Part shown: in pieces, positions 16,801 through 26,530 of the stretch
Numbering within the stretch: position 1 is the stretch's first letter
Layout: each line of letters starts with the position of its first letter
Source: a bacterium
Lineage (GTDB): Bacteria > RUG730
Direction of reading: 5' to 3'
NCBI GenBank assembly: GCA_031551405.1
Contig: JAVBNQ010000005.1
Location: 33,743 to 97,742 of the forward strand
Length of the DNA stretch: 64,000 nucleotides
Translations under genes and position numbers: made by a program
The notes under the pieces: generated by a model
What the model saw: the letters and a program-made list of their open reading frames with translations, nothing else
Told to the model about the DNA's origin: nothing
Databases searched by the model: none

Positions 16801-17805
16801 GGCAATCCATGCATTAAGACAAACTGCTCCACTATAACCCGTACTCACGCTATTGTTAATAAAAGTTGAGCTGTCGATATAAAGTTGTCCCGCGGCATAA
16901 ACGGCTCCAGAATATCCAGAGCCAGCTGAAATATTTGTATCAAATATAGAATTTTTTATGTTTATCGTCGTATCTTTTCCACCCCCTATTGCCGGACCGT
17001 TTAACTTGGCGATATTATCTTTGAAAAGAGAGTTGTTAACGTTAAGTGTGCCGCCAAAATCTACAAAGACAGCTCCGTATATAGAGTTTGATGTTCCGTT
17101 TTCTATAAATCTAGCATTGCTTATGTCCAAGAGAGACCCAGCTCCTGTGCTGTAGATTGCTCCTCCTCCGGGATGCATTGAATTATCGGTAATGAAAGTA
17201 ACGCTATTGTTTGAAAACAAGGTAGTGCGGTTTACCGGATCAGTTGAAGTTATCGTGAGAAAACCGCCGTTATTGTATATAGCTCCGCCGTAATAATAAG
17301 CCGTGTTATTTGAAAAAGAAGAATTTGTTATAGTCATGGTGCTTCCGTTGGCATTGTAAATCGCGCCCCCATTACCTAAAGCAGTGGTAGCTTTGTTAAA
17401 ATTAAAAACAGAGTTTTTGATATTAACTACAGAATTGCTACTTGTATACAAGGCCGCCCCGGAATTTGTCCTAGTCATGCTGCTGACTTGGATATCTTGC
17501 ATATTAAGTGTTGAAGTAGAACCGAGCGACATTGTAAATCCGGAACGTGTACCTCCGCCGTTTATCATCCACAAATTTGACGCATTAGTACCTTGTATTG
17601 TTTTTGTGCTTCCGGCAGGAAAATTGGAAATGTTTGCATTCAAAACAATATCTGAGCTAACGTTTACAATGGTTATACTACTGCTTACAACAGCATTGTT
17701 GAGTTCTGCTGTATTCGAAACGTTCTCTGTTTGCGAAAAAACGTATCCTACATAAAAACAAAAAAACAGAAAAATGAAAACTTTTCCAATAAGATATTTT
17801 TTCAT
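10819..17805 (-). CDS. Giant autotransporter (2,328 aa) with polymorphic-membrane-protein (Pmp) type repeats and C-terminal beta-barrel domain
   Basis: N-terminal signal peptide; dozens of GGA[IVL] and FxxN repeat motifs typical of Pmp-type parallel beta-helix passengers; C-terminal ~350 aa ends ...DVRLNWEF (aromatic terminus typical of autotransporter barrels). Confidence 0.8.
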   Translation of the reverse strand: MKKYLIGKVFIFLFFCFYVGYVFSQTENVSNTAELNNAVVSSSITIVNVSSDIVLNANISNFPAGSTKTIQGTNASNLWMINGGGTRSGFTMSLGSTSTLNMQDIQVSSMTRTNSGAALYTSSNSVVNIKNSVFNFNKATTALGNGGAIYNANGSTMTITNSSFSNNTAYYYGGAIYNNGGFLTITSTDPVNRTTLFSNNSVTFITDNSMHPGGGAIYSTGAGSLLDISNARFIENGTSNSIYGAVFVDFGGTLNVNNSLFKDNIAKLNGPAIGGGKDTTINIKNSIFDTNISAGSGYSGAVYAAGQLYIDSSTFINNSVSTGYSGAVCLNAWIAGEVFDSAKGEIKNSYFENNSAGVGGAITNGDNGTMHLSNNIFKGNFNTTFSGSGGGAIYNEGYLYVDYGNTFENNSSTGTSGASGGAIFSTTQWLVYVSSMVTVEVEVHISSGNKFISNSAYKGGVIAQNTWQGTSNPSAYGKDVKTFIEGSLFKENKALGGTGNGLGGVIYNFGGKNSDAEALLDIRNSTFTANSATNNGGVIYNYSETGSSATVKINGGLFDLNSAANGGVLYNAGVAGSISSVTIENVVFSTNTATSNGGAIYNTGVNSSVGVTGSSFNGNSAGGSGGAIYNTTNAVLSFGSGNSFIGNKATVSGGAIFNTTNAVLSFGSGNSFIGNQAAVSGGAIYSNSNVAGSTITFDGSVFTNNASLSTSGNNGGGAFYHNASNVFTSITNSIFQTNSAKMYGGAVYFASNGMGYAIAFSTFVGNSAGSGGAIYQGGGKVDNVVFSSNTATFVSGTTGNGGAIYNTASSTITGSAFTTNIASGTSNLSTGLGGAIYNNSALAICDSVFMNNQATAYGGAIYHVVTATTNVLSVTDSAFISNSALNGGALWNNNSANSIINVSSSNFTQNSASSNGGAIYNSGLLNLNYGNTFSSNTAVNGGSIYNTRTINIDTNEFSYNISSSSGGAVYNTGLITIDYSLFANNTATGSGGAIYHVTTSATNILSITDSDFISNSALNGGALWNNNSANSIINVSSVNFIKNSASSSGGAIYNSGTLNLDSEIIFSSNTALSGGAVYNTRTITSNGSLFYNNSATGNGGAIYSSGGTVNINAGVFEGNKSGGNGGAIYNLGVLYLNSFLGNIVFFNNSASGLGNDIYNAASSININGTLNDVVIEGGIAGIGTINKSNDGRLLINGDSSGFTGTLNETGGEIIVSSSGKMFAGTNNVSNNALLNVTGDSYYYSVKLGSTGTLQHYNTDVPLTTVSSSNLSFTGSDAIAYFGTASFASFKSNYLLSTSLGNTNANTVIFENSKVSFGANTYTNGTAYFFNNAVLDLTTSLNNTRTVTFNNLGTSNSELDFTISFNNSTGTGSFSSDKLVTQASTDTVSLRFIKIVNDNLDSGLSGSYSSTVLSGLHFLNSVQSVIATTVYEYAFTTDSDQTGVELTVIKEADEYSLNKINIYSGTRGFNFSFFINQPDIYHLGASLDDTARGSVLVQGYDNDASHSVISGVLKDTTTFQRGSLFNLVDATTLTINNLTIDSAYIATSGSVLRSTNPLAKSNMNNVILSNNAAEANGGALYVLIGTHTFTNVVVTSNTALNGSGGFAFFDASKVLFYGSVPFRYNSAEVDGGAMFLADSMAVFKDAAIFDSNKSGDKGGALYLDNSNVKFSEVIFSNNEAKSGGAIYMTALAMSDINSVEFLNPIFINNHASGVNGGAIYVEGNASLNFKINEFANDKTVWFGNTANGISNFMFLDAKKVGNKIYINFDINDGKFLEIKDSIQTSAGNGFVNIKKTGQGVLKLYGENSIASNGSFTVKEGVLDMTESQRLFLNPNYDTKLIFEKDATFVPFFSTSKTTELSAETVKVEDGVILQVNIIDVVSLKTGKTILENAIVTNNENSYIPGKKSSFSCFNNLIDVYYEENANNLTGKNFDLIINLMALKDAFGFKEAIDCYRNNPNLPNKERKMFEDIYATGGISEDLALELEKLGVELEGSAMMSTRDTLLEHMKTLRGRLDSRLDSFHYGDTIDPFTEYASIGTMATLGHNEGYPQKIWGMYSSRKIEQKAQAEKVEYEYEPKGFTLGYDRFIGEYLVGGALQYDEGELFANDKTLTMKVRGFGGALYGAYDGEKYYANVGLEFGNTTNEENTYYKFLKTEAKGKYDLNYVGANGELGILAKEFESESWCGQIMPHIGLNVGKMYGDGFMEKGDASVTREIRQFDMNVGEIPIGVKFAQKVVFDNSFMSTLIGIIDVNYGFGVGDKETKGEGKFVGGSETWKIKGIESGDVLRVRIGLDIKMLNQYSLGFSYISETKKYYSEQGFDVRLNWEF

Positions 17806-18010
17806 TTTGACCTCATAAATAAAAGACTGCCACCTAACATTAAAATGCTAGAGAAAAAACCGTCTTTATAAATATTGTAAATTAACAAAAAATAAACAAG
17901 TTAGAATTTTTATAGCCGTAGCAACACAACGACAGCATCTGCGCTTACAAAACACATCTAAAATACTATAATTAAATTTTTTCAAAGGTTAAACAAAAGC
18001 AAATAAAAAA

Positions 18011-18070
18011 TTTCTTTTTCGTCAGTTTTTGGTTTGGACGAGCAAAAAAAATGGACAAAGCCGGCATCTA
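18011..18070. repeat. Intergenic repeat element, partial copy C, between the two Pmp-like genes
   Basis: cgtcagtttttggtttggacgagcaaaaaaaatggacaaagccggcatcta aligns with the 3' portion of copy B. Confidence 0.5.
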
Positions 18071-18304
18071 CAAGTTGGGAAAATAACACAGACGTCATTA
18101 GCAAAAAAACAAAAATGTGAAAATTTTGTCATTGCATGTAACACAACGCCCGGAAACCAATCGCACCTTGAGCGAAACACAAGATCTGAAACTGAGATGC
18201 GTCGCTAGTTAAGAATGACGAAAGTGTACTCGTGATGGCTATTAATAAAACTTGGAATTATATTTACTACAACTCCACAACACTTTTTTTGTCTATTATT
18301 TTTC

Positions 18305-21300
18305 CTAGAACTCCCAATTAAGTCTTACGTCAAATCCTTGTTCAGAATAATACTTTTTTGTCTCGCTTGTGTACGAAAATCCTAAACTATATTGATTTAA
18401 CATTTTTATATCGAATCCAAGCCTCAATCTTAAAACATCTCCTGATTCTGCGCCTTTTATCTTCCAAACCTCACTTCCGCCAACAAATTTCCCTTCGCCG
18501 TTCGTTTCTTTGTCTCCTACTCCAAATCCATAATTAACATCTATTACTCCAATTAACGTACTAAAAAACGCATTTTCTAACACTACTTTTTGCGAAAACT
18601 TCAAACCAATCGGCACCTCCCCTACATTCCTATCAAATTGCTTTATTTTTCTCGTCACACTCGCATCTCCAGTTTCGCTAAATCCATCGAAATATATTTT
18701 CCCAACGTTTAATCCAATATGCGGCAAAATCTGTCCACACCAGCTCTCTGACTCAAATTCCTTAGCCAAAAATCCTATTTCTCCTCTCACTCCTACATAA
18801 TTCAAATCGTATTTTCCTTTAGCTCCGGACTGCAAAAATTCGTAATATGTACTTTCTTCATTTGTCGTCACACTATAATCAAATTCGGCAATCCCGTAAT
18901 AAAATTCTCCATCGTAAGAACCATATAATGCAGCTCCAAATCCTGCTAATTTACTACTCATTGTTTTATTATTTACAAACAATTCTCCCTCGTCATACTG
19001 TAATGCTCCTCCAACCAAATATTCACCAATAAACCTGTCGTATCCAAGAGTAAATCCTTTTGGTTCATACTTGTATCCTACTTTTTCCGCGTGGTCTTTC
19101 TGTTCAAGCTTTCGACTAGAGTACATTCCCCAAATCTTTTGCGTATATCCATCGTTATATCCCAATGTCGCCATTGTCCCTATCGATGCGTATTCTGTAA
19201 ACGGATCTGTTGGATCTCCATTATGAAAACTATCCAATCTATTATCTATCCTATTTCTCAATGTTGTAACATGTTCCAACAAAGTCTCGCTCGTACTCAT
19301 CAACTCGCTTCCCTCTAGTTCAAATCCTAGTTTGTCCAACTCCAGCGCCAAATCTTGAAAAATTCTTCCAGTCATATAAATGTCCGCAAACATTTTTTTT
19401 CTTTATTCGATAAATTCGGATTATTACGATAATAATCGATCGTCTCCTTAAATCCAAACTCGTCTTTTAGCGCTTTCAAATTTATTACCAAATCATAATT
19501 TTTTCCTGTTTCTGCTGTCAGGCTTTCTTCAAAATATACATCAACCAAATTGTTGAAATATGAAAAACTACTTTTTTCTCCTGGCACATACGACGTATAG
19601 TCATCTGTCTCTATTGCATCTTTCAATACTGTTTTGCCTGGCTTAGCTGATACCACATCTCTTACATTTATTTCCAACTTAGCTCCGTCTTCTACTTTAA
19701 CGGTTTTGGCCGATAGTTTCGTAATTTCTTTTGAAGTCAAATATGGCAAATACGAACTATCACTTGAAAAATATAAAAGAGTGTTCGCCTTTTTTGCAAA
19801 CCTCAAATTTGCTCCGCTGCTCAAATCAAGAGCTCCTTCTTTTATTTTAAATGTTCCATTCGTCGCTATATTATTTTCACCTCCTAGCTTCATCACTCCT
19901 TTACCGGTCTTCTCAATATTTATCCAGCCATCTCCGGCTCCACTCGAAAATGGATCTCTGATTTCCAACATCTTTCCTTCGCTTATTTCAAAATTTACAT
20001 TGATTTTTGTATTAACTTGTCTCGCTTCCATAAACATAAAACTTGACTCGCCTTTTGCCGTATTTCCTGCCCAAATCGTTTCGCCACTCGCTTTGTCGTC
20101 TATCATAAATCTCAAACTCGCATTTCCCTCAACGTAAATAGCTCCTCCTTCTCCTTCAATCGCTTTGTTGTTCGTGAACACTGCGTTCCTTATTTCCAAA
20201 TTATTTTCACTCGTCACTGACATCGTCGTCATATATATCGCTCCTCCTAATCTTCCCTCATTTGAATCAAAAATCACCTTCTCTCCCCTAAACGTCGCTG
20301 TAGAGTTCCTCATATACATCGCTCCTCCTACTGCGCTCATGCTCAGGTTTCCTTCAAATAATGCCGATCCTTCAAAAAGAAACGAGGAATTCACAGCAAG
20401 TATTGCTCCACCATCCAATCCAGATTCGTTTTTTCTAAAAATAACATTATCCTTAAACTCTACTCCTCCATACCTGCCTAAACCAATTCCACTTGAGTAA
20501 ATAGCTCCCCCAAATGAATTAACACTTTTATTCTCTTGAAATACTGTTTCTCCGGCGAAAATCGCAATAGAATTATTCAAATAAAATGCTCCGCCACCGA
20601 CTTCTGCTTTATTAAATTCAAAAATAGACGTACCCTGAAATGTTGCAGTTGAATCAATAAGATACAGAGCTCCCCCGGAAATATTCGCTTCATTATTTTT
20701 AAAATAGGCATAGTTTTCAATAGTTAATTTTGAAGCATCCGAGTAAATCGCTCCGCCATTTGTATTTGCCGTATTGCCAGAAAATAAAACACCGTTTTTT
20801 AAATTAAGAATAGATCTATCTACGTTTAATGCTCCTCCGTATGCCATTAAGCTGTTATTAGTCTCGAATTTAGTTGCTCCTTCAAAGCTTAAAACCGTAA
20901 GTTCCAAATGTATAGCGCCTCCAGCAAGTACCGCCGCATTACTCGAAAATGTTGAGTCACTTTTAAAAGTCGCTGTTGACTTAGATAAATACATTGCTCC
21001 ACCGGCAGCGAGGGTGCTTTTATTGGTGTCAAATTTTGACATGCCTTCGAACGTTAAATCTGATCCAAAAGAAAATAACGCTCCTCCATTTGACGTTGCA
21101 GTGTTGCTACTGAAAAAAGAATCTGCTCTAAAAATTCCTATTGAACTTGACAACATCATTGCTGCCCCTGAAGCTCCATTGCTATTGTTATCAAATAATG
21201 CTATCCCTCCAAAATCTAGTTTTGAAGAACTGGCATACACAGCTCCGCCATTATTGGAGGAAGATGAATTTTTTGAGAAAGATGTTAAATTTTGAAAACT

Positions 21301-23874
21301 AACTGTTGACCCCGTCAAATACATTGCTCCACCGCTTGTTTGGGCTGAGTTATTTTCAAAACTAGCCTCAGCTTGAAAAGTTGCTGTAGAATTCAATAAA
21401 TATATTGCTCCGCCAGAAACTTTGGCTTCATTAGCTTCAAAGCTCGCATCTCCTCCAAACTCTAATTTTGCGCTTTCCAAAAACAACGCATCACCAGACG
21501 AAACTAATGACTTGTTATTTTTAAATTCTGCGCTAGTAAAACTCAAACTAGATCGATTTATCGGAGCCACATAAATAGCACCCCCTGAACTAGTACTTTT
21601 ATTGTTATCAAACAAAGCATGCCCTGTAAAAGAAATATTGGAAGCATTATATAAGTGAAATACGCCACCGGATTTATCTGTTTCATTATCTCTGAAAGTC
21701 GCGGTTGAAAAAACAATCTCAGAATTATCAAGATATCCAACTCCTCCTCCAAACGTTTGTAAACTGGTAGCTTTATTTCTTTCAAACAAAGCTTCGTCTA
21801 AAAATGTCAATTTTGAGTTTCCAATTATATAAATAACACCGCCAGGCGCTTTTGCGGCGTTATCAGCAAACAGAGCAGTTGAGTAAAATGTTACGCTAGA
21901 TTTGTCTAGATATAGAGCTCCTCCTCCAAACTTTGTACCAGGATTACTTTGACTCGTACTCTTATTGCCAATAAACTCAGCACCTCCTGTAAATGTAGCG
22001 GTAGATTGATTTAAATACATCGCTCCGCCCGATTGAGTTGTTTCGTTATTTTTAAAGGTCACAGTAGAAAAAGAAATATATGTTGAAGTACTGTATATGG
22101 CGCCACCGTTGCCTGTTCCAGTCACTTTATTCCCTTCAAACCAAGATTCTGAGGAAAATGTAGCGGTAGATTGAAGCAAATACATCGCTCCACCATTTAT
22201 CTTTGCTTCGTTATTTTTAAACGTCACCGCCTAAAAAGAAAGATACGATGAATTACCAGCATAAATTGCTCCACCACTTGACACTATGCCCGTACTTTTA
22301 TTCTCTTCAAACCAAACTTGTCCGGAAAATGTAGCGGTAGATTTGTCCATATAAATTACTCCGCCTGACTGATTAGATGAATTGTTGCTAAATGTTGCAG
22401 TTGAAAAAGAAAGGTATGACGAATTAGCTGCATATATTGCGCCGCCGTTCGAAGTTGCCGTATTGCTCGAAAAAAATACATTTTCTTTCAATATAGCCGT
22501 CGACTTATCTAAATATATCGCGCCGCCGTTTAGTTTAGATTCATTTTTTTAAAAAATACATCTACAAAAGAAAGATACGATGAATTTCCTGCGTATATCG
22601 CTCCTCCGCCCCCTACTGTAGCAAGAGACTTATTTCCTTCAAATAAAGAGTCTCCGGAAAATGTAGCGGTAGATTTGTCCATATAAATTGCTCCGCCACT
22701 TGTTTTAGATTCATTGTTTTTAAGAGAAACATCATCTAAAAAATAGAGTTTTGATTCAGTTTTTGCATTAATCGCTCCACCGGCCGAACCTGTACTTTTA
22801 TTCCCTTCAAATAAAACGTATCTATTGAATGTTGCAGTTGCATTAACGACAACTAGCGCTCCTCCGATCTGATAAGCTTCGTTATTTTTGAATGTTACAG
22901 TAGAAAAAGCAATCGTTCCATTTGCTAAATATACTGCGCCGCCGCCACCCATAATAGTTGTATTTGTACTTTATATTACCTTCGAATAGCGCTTCTCCTG
23001 TAATATTAGTGTTGGATCCAGATAAATACATTGCTCCACCAGTGTTAACTGATACATTATTTTTAAAAATCACATCTATAAAATCTACTTTTAGTCCACT
23101 GCCGGCATAAATCGCTCCGCCGCCGCTTGTTAAACTTTTATTCCCTTCAAATAAAGTAAAATCTGTAAAATTTAACGATGAGTTTGCAATTGAAATACTA
23201 ACAGCTCCTCCTGAGAGCAATGCGGAATTATTTCTAAATGTTACGCTTGAAAATAAAATACTCGATTTTTGAGTTGATGACGGGTTTGTGCCGCCTCCGG
23301 AATATATTGCTCCTCCATTTCCTCCGGATCCGGCTTTATTCCCTTCAAATAAACTTGCCCCTGAAAACGTAACGCTAGAACCCTCGATATAAAACACACC
23401 CCCATATCGCATACCGTTATTATATAAAAACTCCGAATTATTAAAATTGACACTGGACTGATTAATATAAAAAACCACTCCATCCGGATCATTACTGTCT
23501 ACGCTTGCCGAAGAAAAAATTATACTATCTATAGTGACTACGCTATTATTATTAACTTTAAAAATTCTTCCCTTCACTGTCGAGCTACTGACGGTCATCT
23601 TAGTAGTTGAGGATTTCAAAATAATGTCTTCAAGCCCAGAAATTGGAAAACCACCAGAAGCAATGATGCTTTTGTCATCTTGATACAAAATAACACTGTC
23701 TCCTGTCAATAACACACCCGCATTCAAGAATTCTTGCAAAGTGTCATAATAAATTCCACCTACCGGCTGTCCGCTTCCAATATGATACTCTGTTGCAAAA
23801 ACTTTCGCATTAAACGTAAAAAAGAAAAGCAAATTACAGAGAATTAGCGAAATACATTTTTTTAAATTTTTCAT
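18305..23874 (-). pseudogene. Pmp-repeat autotransporter paralog, disrupted by two homopolymer frameshifts, one other frameshift and one in-frame TAG
   Basis: ORF-track fragments 22882..23874 (with signal peptide), 22530..22952, 22231..22491, 19372..22227 and 18305..19393 form one colinear Pmp-like gene; the last fragment is a near-copy of the beta-barrel domain of 10819..17805. Confidence 0.7.
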
Positions 23875-23900
23875 TGATGGCTCCTGTTTTCAACTTAAGC

Positions 23901-25430
23901 TTAATGTTTAAAATGCCTTTCGCCAGTAAAAATCATACTAATTTTGTTTTGATCGCAACACTCGACCACTTCATTATCTCGAACAGACCCTCCAGGTTGA
24001 ATCACGCTCGAAATACCGTATTTCGAAATCATTTCAATCGAATCCTTGAACGGGAAAAAAGCGTCCGATGCCAAAACCGCTCCTTTTAAATCGAAGCCAA
24101 ATTTTTGCGCTTTTGAAATCGCAATTTCTACGGAATCAACTCTACTCGTTTGTCCGGCACCGATACCAATTATCGTCTTATTTTTCGCTAAAACAATTGC
24201 ATTTGATTTCACATTTTTACATACAAGCCAAGCAAACTCCAAATCGCTAATCTCAGTTTCCGTCGGGTTTTTCTTCGTGATAATATTTTTTTCAACTTTC
24301 ATTATTTTATCTTTTTCTTGAGCCAGAAATCCGGAAAAAACCATTTTATATTCGACCTTATTATTTGAATTTACGTTAATTTTCAAAACACGTAAATTTT
24401 TTTTTGCTTTCAAAACTTCGAGAGCTTCAACGTCGTATCCTGGCGCAATTATGCATTCCGTGAACAAATTCGTAATTTCGAGCGCAGCCTCTTTGTCCAA
24501 AACAACATTTGTCGCGATAATCCCTCCAAACGCACTTACAGGATCCGTAGACAAAGCCTTCAAAAACGCATTTTTCAAATTATCACTCGAGCCAACTCCG
24601 CAAGGATTATTATGCTTTACAATGACTACAACTTTTTCCTTAAAATCAGACGCAATATTCCACGCGGCTTCAAGATCGATCAGATTATTATACGACAATT
24701 CTTTCCCGGACAATTGCTCCCACGAAAAAACGTCATTATTCGCGTCTTTGTAATACGCTGCTTTTTGATGCGGATTTTCTCCATATCTAAGCTCGAATTC
24801 TTTGACTAACGTTTTATTGATTAGAGATGGAAAATCTCCATTCTCAACTCTTTTTTCTGCTAAATAATTTTGAATAAAACTATCGTAAACGCTCGTAGTA
24901 AAAAAAACCTTACTTGCGAGCTCGCACCTGGTTTTTTGTGAAATCTCACTATTTTTTTTGAGTTCGGTAATCACTTTTTGATAATCATTTGGATCACAAA
25001 TTACTGCTACGTCTTTATAATTTTTTGCACTCGATCTGAGCATACCAGGTCCGCCAATGTCGATGTTTTCTATCATTTCTTCATGCGATGCACCCTTTTT
25101 TAACATTTCGGCAAAAGGATACAAATTCACGACTACAAGGTCAATAAACTCAATATTATGTTCGTTTACCTGTGAAATATGAGAGTCTTCATCGCGCTTT
25201 GCAAGAAGCGCGCCGTGAACTTTTGGATGCAGCGTTTTGACTCTTCCATCTAAAATTTCTGGGAATCCCGTGAACTCAGAAATATCTTTTACAACGAAAC
25301 CAAGTCCTGAAATATATTTTTTTGTTCCGCCGGTAGAAATTATTTCTACGCCAAAGTCGACTAATTCTCTTACTAAAAAATCCAGATTGGTTTTATCGGA
25401 AACACTTATAAGCGCTCTTTTTATCTGCAT
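23901..25430 (-). CDS. purH: Bifunctional AICAR transformylase / IMP cyclohydrolase
   Basis: 509 aa; N-terminal MGS-like domain (RALISVSDKTNLDFLVREL...GVEIISTGGT) followed by AICARFT domain. Confidence 0.9.
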   Translation of the reverse strand: MQIKRALISVSDKTNLDFLVRELVDFGVEIISTGGTKKYISGLGFVVKDISEFTGFPEILDGRVKTLHPKVHGALLAKRDEDSHISQVNEHNIEFIDLVVVNLYPFAEMLKKGASHEEMIENIDIGGPGMLRSSAKNYKDVAVICDPNDYQKVITELKKNSEISQKTRCELASKVFFTTSVYDSFIQNYLAEKRVENGDFPSLINKTLVKEFELRYGENPHQKAAYYKDANNDVFSWEQLSGKELSYNNLIDLEAAWNIASDFKEKVVVIVKHNNPCGVGSSDNLKNAFLKALSTDPVSAFGGIIATNVVLDKEAALEITNLFTECIIAPGYDVEALEVLKAKKNLRVLKINVNSNNKVEYKMVFSGFLAQEKDKIMKVEKNIITKKNPTETEISDLEFAWLVCKNVKSNAIVLAKNKTIIGIGAGQTSRVDSVEIAISKAQKFGFDLKGAVLASDAFFPFKDSIEMISKYGISSVIQPGGSVRDNEVVECCDQNKISMIFTGERHFKH

Positions 25431-25764
25431 AAAACTTCCTTTTTTTCGATTTTTTTTTTAAAATTATATGAAGAATTAATGTAGCAAAATATCCATCGAG
25501 AAGCAATAAAATATTTCAAATATATATATATATAAATTTTGTGAGGGTCAATTGATTTTTTCATGATACCAAATAATAAAACAAAAAAACGCCACTCAAA
25601 GATTCAATTTTAAAAAAAATATTAGAAAAAATCAGTTCATACACGAGGAGAAAAATTTGGCGTAACCGTAAAAGGAAAAAACAATCAAAAAAAATTTGAA
25701 ACTTTTTGCATAAAAAAGTCTCTAACTAGGCGAAAGAGCTCTCAAAAAGAGGGAGGATCCAAAA

Positions 25765-26517
25765 ATGAAAATTGTAAGCTTAAATCCTACAACAATGAAT
25801 CTAATAGTCGAATATATGAGCTTGCCCAACTCTGATGTTTATAAAAAAATTTTATTTGAAAAAATAAAAAATACTGAACTTGGCCTCGAAGCTCTAGAAA
25901 GTCAACAAAATGTTCTTCAAACTTTTAAGACTTTAAGCTCTCCTGAAATACCTAGTTCAGCTTCCATTACAATAACAGAAAAACTCCAAAAAATAAAAAG
26001 CAAGAAGCAAATTAGTTCTGCCAGTGATATTGCTTATAAATTTTTAGCTACACTGAAAACTGCTCTACAAATAAGTCTCGTAACAATTGGAGCGTTTTTG
26101 ATTGGAGTTGGAACAATCGCTTATTTTGTAAACCCTGAAAAAAACATTCAAAATAACAATATCTCATCACCTGCTTTTACTACTAACATTAATTCAACCT
26201 TATCAAAAACTTCTAACACATCTCTAAATTTTCAAGGGAACATCACTTTGGACTCAATCAAAAGTTTTGATTTGGAAAAAAATGAAAATCCACAAAATCT
26301 AAAAGAAAACTCTTTATATGCATTTCAAGGTGAATTAAAAAAATATAAAGCTATAACAAAAGATTCTGAATCTAAAGATGTTTTGGAAGTCTTGCAAAAC
26401 GCTGAGAAAGAGCTCGATAAAAGTTTCATAAATACAAATAAAATCGATAATTATATATATTACGCAGTCTTATCTCAACATGACGTAAAAATTTTATCTG
26501 ACGAAGAGTTAGACTGA
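25765..26517 (+). CDS. Hypothetical single-pass membrane protein (250 aa), first gene of the giant-ORF operon
   Basis: GGGAGG RBS upstream; one hydrophobic helix (LQISLVTIGAFLIGVGTIAYFV); stop lies 13 nt before the start of the 14.2-kb ORF. Confidence 0.55.
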   Translation: MKIVSLNPTTMNLIVEYMSLPNSDVYKKILFEKIKNTELGLEALESQQNVLQTFKTLSSPEIPSSASITITEKLQKIKSKKQISSASDIAYKFLATLKTALQISLVTIGAFLIGVGTIAYFVNPEKNIQNNNISSPAFTTNINSTLSKTSNTSLNFQGNITLDSIKSFDLEKNENPQNLKENSLYAFQGELKKYKAITKDSESKDVLEVLQNAEKELDKSFINTNKIDNYIYYAVLSQHDVKILSDEELD

Positions 26518-26530
26518 TAGAGGGGGAAAA

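Noticed and set aside
19634-21295. Plus-strand ORFs of 111-173 aa (19634..20137, 20165..20500, 20774..21295) inside the Pmp pseudogene
   Set aside because: Antisense to repetitive Pmp modules; the repeat structure keeps alternative frames open by chance; proline/alanine-rich low-complexity products.
22200-22600. Repeated ~45-nt units (…aaaagaaagatacgatgaatt…) that superficially resemble a repeat-spacer array
   Set aside because: They are in-frame Pmp coding modules (SSYLSFSTATF...), with variable 'spacers' that are also coding; no cas genes; not CRISPR.
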